Assembly (NCBI GenBank): GCA_965153355.1
Contig: OZ231126.1
Coordinates: 45,384,001 to 45,448,000 of the forward strand
Reading direction: 5' to 3'
Source: Flaccisagitta enflata
Taxonomy: Eukaryota
DNA: 64,000 bases
A program made the position numbers and the translations under genes. Within the stretch, counting starts at the first letter, position 1. Each line of letters opens with the position of its first letter. The notes below the pieces were generated by a model. The model did not search any database, was not told the DNA's origin, and saw only the letters and a program-made list of their open reading frames with translations. Of this stretch, positions 55,048 to 64,000 are shown one piece after another.

Positions 55048-55891
55048 TTTTGTATCCGGAAGGGAATTACCCGAAAATCTGAAGTAGATGGTAATTTGCC
55101 TTTCAACGAAAACAATCAAGTGCGGGTGGGCTGAGAAAGAGGCGCAAAAAAGGCCAGATTCGACCAACCGACAGGACAGAAGAACCGACCAACGATAATA
55201 TCGTCTTGCAGAATCGCATGTACTAAAAAAAAAAAAAGAAATTACAGAAAGGAGAGGATTATATTACTTTTTATATCTAAAAAAGTCTAGTTTTGCTAAA
55301 ATCAAACCTGCTTTTTTTTATCCTGTATCCGTCTTCACCGATTCATCATTCTTATACTAGTTTTTGGATCCGGGTTGTTGACGACATCATTCTCACGTTA
55401 TATAAATCCAAATAAACGTAGATAGTCGATGACGAAAATGTCCTCTCGTGACTCTGGTGGCGATCACTTTTCTAGACGAAGTAGAATACTCGAAACAAGT
55501 CATCCAAGGATCGCACATGGTCAGCGGTACCCGATGCCCTACTTGGAGTGATCAGCTGAAGAAGTGGAGTGGGAGCAGGGCAGTGGCCCCAAAGAGCCGA
55601 TGTGCTGTAGGACACAGGGGTAAATTTCCATACATCCTGAGGGGGCATGTTTTAGGTCTTTGGGGCAATTTTCCATGATCTATTTCTCATCAATTTGTTA
55701 TGTTATTCAATGGGAATATCGCATTTTTTTTTAATTATTGATCAATTTTCCATGTTATCCAATTGGAATTCCACATCTGTTATTATTCTTTCAATTTCCC
55801 ATGTTATTCAATTTTTTACATTTTTAAAGTTTTCCATGTCATTCAATGGGAATTTGAGGCTTGAAAACCTTGGGGGGGGAAGGATGGACAG

Positions 55892-55922
<31 letters not shown>

Positions 55923-57680
55923 TAGATAATGGTTCACCCCTGTGTCCTACAGGACATCGGCCCTTTGGGACCGCTGCCCAAAAAGGGAAAGAAAAGAGAG
56001 AAAATCCCCGCTTTTATCATGCAAACTAAGACAGCTAGAAACAGGATCGGGATCGGAATTTGAGAGAAAAAAATATATTCTGATCAATGATCATTGAATG
56101 CAGGTCTGTATTCTGTATAACTAAATTCACAGTAAAGAGGTCATTCGTACAAAACAAATCGATGCACGACGGTGCCTATTGTGTGTCGTCAAAAGGAGCA
56201 TTTCTACGCGAGACATCAAAAAGCCGCACTTTCAAATGGCCAATTACAGTATAACACTATAAGTTTTGAAGATGATTGTTTAAAATCTTATTTCACAAGA
56301 TAAATTTCATTTGGCTCCAACTTGGAATTTCTATCGTTTAGACCGTTTTACAATTACACACAACTACAAACATACTTCCTCCTTCCTTCCTTCCTTCCTT
56401 CCTTCCTTCCTTCCTTCCTTCCTTCCTTCCTTTCTTCCTTCCCCTCCTTCCACTCCATTCTTCTTTCCTTCCTTCATTCCTTCCTTCCTTTCCGTCCTTC
56501 TTTCCCTCCTTTCCTTCCTCCCTCACTCCTTCCCTCCGGCCTCCCTCCCTCCGGCCTCCCTCCCTCCCTTTCCTCCTTCTTTCATTCCTTCCTTACAACA
56601 ACTTAAACCTCAAAGTCCCCTAAAGTACCCTGAAGTACCTTGAAGTGCCTTGGACCAATAAAGGCAGCTCTCGCCATGGAAAAAAAAAGTCGTAAATGCG
56701 GTCTTATGAAATTGTTTATGATTGTGTGTTGTGATTGTCTCTTCTTTTTCTCTTAGCATCTTTTTCTGTTTGTTCTTTTTTTCTGCATGTACACGCAACA
56801 AAAAACCTTGTCAACTTCAATTTTGCAATCCTGTTGAAAAAAAGAGCATTTTTGCAAAATAAAAGTTCACTTTGAAGCTGTGAATTCTAAACCGTTTGAG
56901 ATGTTTGGAATGAAAGAAAATTTAAGAATCTTCAAAAACCGTTTCAACAGAAAAAAATCTCAATTTATATAAAAAAGTAAAAGTCGATGTAGACAACCAA
57001 GCATATGGATATACCAAACATACTCATCGGCGGGAAACTTGAGGCTTGGATATGCGTGAATAAATCTTGAACAGATAATGAGAAAAAAAATCGCTTTTGC
57101 CGAACTGTCTTCACGTCTTATCCTCAACAAATGCAAGGAAGAGACAAATGGCACGGAAAAAAAAGCAACAACACCATATACAACAATATCATTTACATTA
57201 ATTATAACACTTTTAGCAAACAAAAACAAAAACAAAAACAAAAACAAAAACAAAAACAAACAAAAACAAACAAAAACAAACAAAACAAAAAAAAACAAAA
57301 AACAAAAACAAAAACAAAAACAAAAACAAAAACAAAAACAAAAACAAAACAAAAACCAAAAACCAAAAACCAAAAACCAAAACCAAAAACCAAAACCAAA
57401 AACCAAAACCAAAAAAAAAAAAAAAAAAAAAACAAAAACAAAAAACAAACAAAAACAAAAAACAAAAAACAAAAAACAAAAAACAAAAAACAAAAAACAA
57501 AAAACAAAAAAACAAAAACGTCGATGAGGACAATTATGGACTTGGACAGAAAGTAGCGGTAACCAAAATAAACGCCCTGTTCGTCTGCCTGTCTCTCTGT
57601 CTTTTATCGGTCTCTTTCTCTTTCTCTCAATCTTTTGCTGTCTCTGTTGCTGTCTGTCTGTCTGTCTGTCTGTCTATCTG

Positions 57681-57735
<55 letters not shown>

Positions 57736-58047
57736 TCTTCTATCATTCTCTGATTTTTTCGTGTTTCCCAGTGATGAAATCTTCTATTCTATCTCATCAT
57801 AGGCAAAAAAATAGTGAAACAGATAAAAAAGAAAGAAAATAACGCCATCTCTTGAAATCGTCCTCTTCCTTTTCCTGTAAGAATTAGATTAGAGTTTCTT
57901 CCTTGGATGGACAATTGGTTCACACGTGCTTTTTCTTTTGTTTTCCTTCTCTTTGTTTTCATTTTCTTTCTTTGCTTTTCGCGCAGGAGAAGAAATTGGC
58001 TGAAGAAAAGGAGCCGAAGAGAGGCCGCAAGGATGAGAGAGACAGAC

Positions 58048-58110
<63 letters not shown>

Positions 58111-59167
58111 AATTTTGATAACTCACAATCAGATATGGATGTTTTTCTCCAGGAAAGGAAATGGAATTGTTGGGTCTCGCACGATTTTGGATAAGTGGTG
58201 ACTGGTAAGAGGTGAAGAGGTGAGAGTATCTTGGGGGACAAGGTGTTGGTGAATGGTGATATGGTGACTGGAAAGGGGTTAAAGAGTCCTGAAGCACTTG
58301 ATCTTTGTCTTGGCGGAAGGTAGGTGCGTGTGTATTATCATTGGTGTTAACTTTGTATCTTTTGAAAATTAATGAATCTTCGGATATGGTTGATTACTGT
58401 TTATAGGGATAGCTGGTGTAAGGAGGAACTTGTCATCAGTTATGTTATGCCATTTTCTGTAACTTGTAATTTGTTTTTACCCTTGCGCATTTTTGTTCGT
58501 GCTTTACCTCGTCGTGAATAAATGTAAAAAAGAAACAACACAGGCGACCATGGATGTATGGACCGCCACATCTACCAAGTCGGTTCTAAAATCCAGTTGA
58601 TCAGAAAAATGAAGAAATCATTTTGAACATGGCGGGAAACACGAATGAGGACTGATTGAAGGTACGATAGTCAGGATGCTGCTTTTTTGGGCAGTAATCT
58701 TGCTCTAGGTCTGGTTGACGCCAATCAAGCAGATTTGAAGCGGCAAATTTTGGAGCTCCGAAACATCCGTGCGGATGACGGTTTTGTTAACCTCATTTTG
58801 AATTCGTAGTGAAGGTGAATGTAATCCATCCATCCATTTCTTCCCGAGGCTGTTATTTGGGGGCAATTCCTGAAATAAGCAGGCGTGACCGCAAATCTGA
58901 TATCACGCCATTTTGATTGAAACAACCTGCAACGAAAAAGAATAACCCTTTTGTCTGGGGGATCAACGGCATTTCTTGAAAGCTGGAAAGTTATCAATCA
59001 AACATATCAAACAAGCGGCAGAAATAAAGGTTAAAGGCTAAACCGCAACGGTTCAATCTGCAACAAACTGTGAGATGTAAATTGAAGAAACTACGCATTA
59101 CGCCCAGAATGATGAAAATGACCCAACACACCCCTGGTTAGTTTTTTTCTCGCCAACAGTCGATCAG

Positions 59168-62100
59168 CACTGCTCTGGATCTCCACCGTTAACTTTAAAC
59201 TAGGATAACTGCCACTTTTTTCATTGTTTCTGGTGGTCCAGCCCATGCATAATCCATGTCAAAAGGTTTCAAAATAATCCCAGGAGCGCCTTTTTTTTAA
59301 TTCCCATTTCTTTCTGGGTGGTTGGTACAGGCCATAAAACATTCCCTCTTTTGGACAATGTCCCTTGTTTTGCTTACAACTTTTAAACGCTTTAGGTTAG
59401 AAATGCCAGATTGGTCCCATTTGAAAGATATTTTCAAGATCTTTCCAACCGTCACCAATTTTTTTGAAATCCATTGAAAAACAACCAAGTTATAAGCTTT
59501 CAAACAGGAGCAATGTTATGGAGATTTTGGACACTTTTCCATATCATTGAATTTTTTTTCTTTTCTCTTGATTCCACTTGTTTTGCTCATAACTTTTGAA
59601 CAAATTAAGCTAGAAATGCCAGATTGGTCCCATTTGAAAGATCTTTTCAAGATCTTTCAAACCGTCACCAATTTTATGTCAATCCCTTGAAAATCCACCT
59701 CTTTATAAGCTGTCAAACATCAGCATTGCATCGGGATTTCGGGGGATTTTCCCACCATCGCTTTTTTCATTGTCTCATCCTGTTTTTATATGCATTCTCT
59801 TATATCTGTGAGGGGTTTTGTCTCTTTGCTAGTCTGTTGATTTTTCAAATGGTTAATCTGTCTAACTGTCGATTCATCTGTAAAGGAGATTGTGAAACAT
59901 TGCAAAACAAGGCTGGATACATGGCTACCTTAGTCGCAAGCGGGTGCGCAGGAGCAGTGTTGGAGAAGGTCACTAGGGCATCTGGGTAGGAATAGTATGC
60001 TCAAAAAGCTGAAAAACGCCAAAAAAGTAATAGTCCCAAAAGCGTTAGATGGTCAGCGGTATCCGTGCCCTATCTAAGTAAGTTGTGCTTGAAGTTGAGG
60101 GGGGAGCAGGGAAGCGGCCCTGAAGGGGTCGATGACCTATGCTTTCACATGTATGGGGAATTTTCCTCCCCCTCCTCCTCCTCCTCCTCCTTGAGGCTGG
60201 GAATTAACCTTTAGGCTAAAAGTTGGGTAGATTTCAGGCCTGAGAGGGCAGATTTCAGGCCTGAAAGGGCCTGGGGGGAATGAACTGACAGTCAGACGGA
60301 CAGATGGCCAGATGGACGGACGGAATGACAAACAAAAGTTTCCCTGTGTTCTACAGGACTTCATCCCCTTCGGGGCCGCTACCCTGCTCCCTCTCACTCC
60401 AATTCACAATCATGCAAAGCAGGACAATGGGTATCGCTGACCACATATTGCCCTTGGGCGACCTGTTAAGCCTAAATCCCAGTTCCAAGGCCTAAATGCC
60501 AGCCCCAATGCCCAAAACCAAGCCATGAGGCATGGGCCATGGGCCTAACAGCCCTCTTAAAAATGGAGTAGCGGGTAGCGCCGCTATTTTGAAGAGAAGG
60601 GCATGTGTTGGAAGGTAGAGGAAAAAGAAGAAGAGGAAGAAGAAAAAAAGGAAGGAGAAAAAAAAAAGAAAAAAAAGAGAAAAAGAAAAAGAAAAAGAAA
60701 AAGAAGAAAAAAAAGAAAAAGAAGGAGGAAAAAAAGAAATAGAAGGAAAAGAAAAGGAGAGAGTGATAGAGAGTCTCGTAAGGGGTGAGTGGTAAGATTT
60801 TTTTTTTTGAAGGGGCAGAGGAGCCTGAGGAGGAAGAAAGAGAATAGGAAGAAAAATTAGAAGAAGCAGAAATAGGGAAGAAAAAGAAAAAGAAAAAGAA
60901 AAGGAACAGAACAAAAAAAAAAAGAGGTGGAGGAGACAAGGGAAAATAATTGACAGAGTGTGATCCGGTTAATCATGCAATTGTAGGCATCATAATTTTT
61001 TTTTTTTGGTGATGAAAAATTTTAGAGAGGGATACATTTTTTTTTGTTTCCTTTTTTTTTTTGCAGGCAGCCAGTTCAGCAAGGATAGTTTTCTGCTATG
61101 TTCTTGTGAGTCAGTAAAAGCAAAAGAATAGGGTTTATTTTAAATTTTGGTTTATTTTCACTGGTGGAGTTGGAATTTTCATGTCGGAAGACTTGAGGGG
61201 CAAAATCCAGCTACTCGGAAGGAAATCATTTTTAAGAGGGCTGGGGCCTAAAGGCTGGGATATGGGCCTTGAGGCTGAGATATGGGCCTGAAGGTTGCGG
61301 GAGGGGGGATAGAGGAGGAGAAGGAAAAATGTGAAAGCATAGGTCATCAACCCCTTTGGAGCAGCCGCACTGCCCTGCCCCCTCCCTCAACTACAATCAC
61401 CAATGACCTTGTGGGATCCTTGGATGACTAGTTACCTAAAATCTCAAGAAGCAGAAAAGTTTCAAAAGTGTTAGATGGTCAGTGGTACCCAATGCTCCCA
61501 AGCTCTTGTATGTGGGGATCAGATGATGAAAGGGGCATCAACCCTCAAGAGACCATTAACATATGCTTAGCTTCAAGAGGAATTATGGAGCATTCTATAG
61601 TCTGAAGGGGTAATTATGACCTCAAGGCTCAGATTCTAGCCATAGGGCTGAGATTTAAGCCTCAGGCTGAGATTTTGTCTCATGGCTTGGTTTTGGGCCT
61701 TGGGACTGGTATTTGGGCCTTGGAACTGGGATTCAGGCTTAACAGGTCGCCCAAGGGCAATATGTGGTCAGCGATACCCATTGTCCTGCTTTGCATGATT
61801 GTGAATTGGAGTGAGAGGAAGCAGGGCAGCGGCCCCAAAGGGGTTGAAGTCCTGTAGGACACAGGGGGACTTTTGTTCATCATTCTGTCAGTCCATCTGG
61901 CCATCTGTCCATCTGACCGTCAGTTCATTCCCCCCAGGCCCTTTCAGGCCTGAAATCTGCTCCTCAGGCCTGAAATCTACCCAACTTTTAGCCTCAAGAT
62001 TAATTCCCAGCCTCAAGGAGGAGGAGGAGGAGGAGGAGGAGGAGAATTCCCCATATGTGTGAAAGCACAGGTCATCAACCCCTTCAGGGTCGCTTCCTTG

Positions 62101-63666
62101 CTCCCCCCTCAACTTCAAGCACAACTTACTTAGGCAGGGCACGGATACCACTGACCATCTAACGCTTTTGCGACTATTACTTTTTTTGGCGTTATTCAGC
62201 TTTTGGGCATCGGCCCCGAAGGGCACAAAGTCCTGTAGAACACAGGGGGAATCTCTCCGTCCATCCGTCCCCCCCACCCCATCAGGGGGAATCTCTCCGT
62301 CCATCTGTCCCCCCCCCTCAGGGCTTCGTCTCCTTTGGGGCCTATTTGGACCCAAATTCTACCAAATAGCCCAAATCCAAGCAATATGGCCCAAAACCTT
62401 AGCAAAATGGCCCAAATTCAAGCATGATGGCCCAAATCCAAGCAAAGTGGCCCAAATCTAGCCTAAATCTGGCTGGAGAACCCCAATCCTGGCCTGAGAT
62501 CCACCATTTTGACCCCTTATTTGACCTTTATTATGGGCTCTGATACTTAATTTCTGACCAGATTTGGGCCATTTTGCTTGGATTTGGGCCATAATGCTTG
62601 GATTTGGGTTATTTGGCAGAATTTGGGTCCAAATAGGCCCCAAAGGAGACAAAGCCCTGAGGATGGGGCGGGGGGGACAAACGGACGGACGGATGGACTT
62701 ATTCCCCCTGTAATCTACAGGACTTTGCCCCTTCGGGGCCGCTGGCCAACTCCCCCTCAACTTAAATCACACACTCCTCAAGCAGGGCACGGGTACTGCT
62801 GACCACTTACTGCCTTCAGGCTGCTATTTGAGCATAATCTTCCTACCAAGATGCCCTAGTGACCTTCTCCAGCACTGCTCCTGCCCACCAGCTTGCAACT
62901 AGGGTAGCCATGTATCCAGCCTTGGTTTGCAATGTTTCACAATCTCCCTTACAGATGAATCGACAGTTGGACAGATTAATCATCTGAAAAATCAACAGAC
63001 TAGCAAAGAGATAAAACCCCTCACAGATAAACAAGAATGCATATAAAAACAGAATGAGACCATGAAAAAAGTGATGGTGGAAAAATCCTCCGAAATTCCC
63101 ATGACAATGCTTATGTTTGACAGCTTATAAAAAGATGGTTTTTCAAGGGATTGACATAAAATTGGTGACGGTTTGAAAGATCTTGAAAAGATCTTTCAAA
63201 TAGGACCAATCTGGCATTTCTAGCTTGATTCGTTCAAAAGTTATGAGCAAAACAAGTGAAATCAAGAGAAAAGAAGAAAAATTCAATGATCTGGAAAACC
63301 GTCCAAAATCTCCATAACACTGCTCATGTTTGAACGCTTATAACTTGGTTGTTTTTCAATGGATTTCAAAAAAATTGGTGACAGTTGGAAAGATCTTGAA
63401 AAGATCTTTCAAATGGGACCAATCTGGCATTTCTAACTTAAAGCGTTTAAAAGTTATAAGCAAAACAAGGGACACTGTCCAAAAGAGAGAAAGTTTTATG
63501 GCCTGTACCAACCACCCAGAAAAAAATGGGGAATTGAAAAAAAGGCGCTCCTGGGATTATTTTGAAACCTTTTGACATTGATTATGCATGGGCTGGACCA
63601 CCAGAAACAATGAAAAAAGTGGCAGTTATCCTAGTTTAAAGTTAGCGGTGGAGATCCAGAGCAGTG
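59168..63666. mobile_element. 4.5-kb palindromic non-autonomous Chapaev-like (CMC) transposon
   Basis: Ends cactgctctggatctccaccg / cggtggagatccagagcagtg; 4-bp TSD tcag (59164-59167, 63667-63670). Arms 59168-60010 vs 62830-63666 and 60010-60530 vs 61670-62200. Confidence 0.83.
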
Positions 63667-64000
63667 TCAGAGGAGCCGCTTTACGAACGAAATTAATTGG
63701 GTACCATATTTAGGGTCTAATTAACGCTACAAAGAAAATAAAACGATCTTCCTAAGTGGATGGTTAAGGGTTTCCCTCACTTTCATTTCTTACTGACGCT
63801 AAATATGCTTTCCAACAAATTACAAAGTCGTGCAGCGGCTCATGATCATTTAAGAGATATTCTATAACTAGGGTGCATTGGGTCATATTCACAATTCTTA
63901 GCCAACAGGCATACTACGCAAAAAGGATGATGTCACACTTGTCCAAATTCAGAGGACAGCATTTTTGATTTCCCGATATATAGTAGGATAACGTTATTCG

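Noticed and set aside
58540-59000. Coding-looking stretch (ORF 58725-58997)
   Set aside because: No recognisable motif and no consistent splice model.

Overview
Repeat-rich eukaryotic (animal-like) genomic DNA with GT-AG introns and abundant microsatellites; the species cannot be determined from the sequence. Three spliced gene models could be built by hand: (1) four + strand exons of an ABCC/MRP-type ABC transporter (lasso region to about TM4 of TMD1, ~12.3-30.8 kb, no NBD exon found); (2) a 5-exon, ~683-aa minus-strand gene of unknown function (34.2-38.3 kb); (3) a 5-exon, ~781-aa minus-strand membrane GT2 glycosyltransferase with DxD and QxxRW motifs (47.8-55.0 kb). The rest is mostly nested mobile DNA: a 5'-truncated LINE split by a Penelope element with inverted pLTRs and hammerhead-like motifs, a second Penelope fragment, Tc1/mariner, hAT and CACTA-like non-autonomous elements, and Helentron/DINE-like repeats. 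There are also two multi-kb palindromic (foldback) elements. One ends in the RSS heptamer CACAGTG plus a nonamer-like motif with a 5-bp TSD (Transib/RAG-like); the other has CACTG ends with a 4-bp TSD (Chapaev-like). All calls are from manual reading; no database searches were run.
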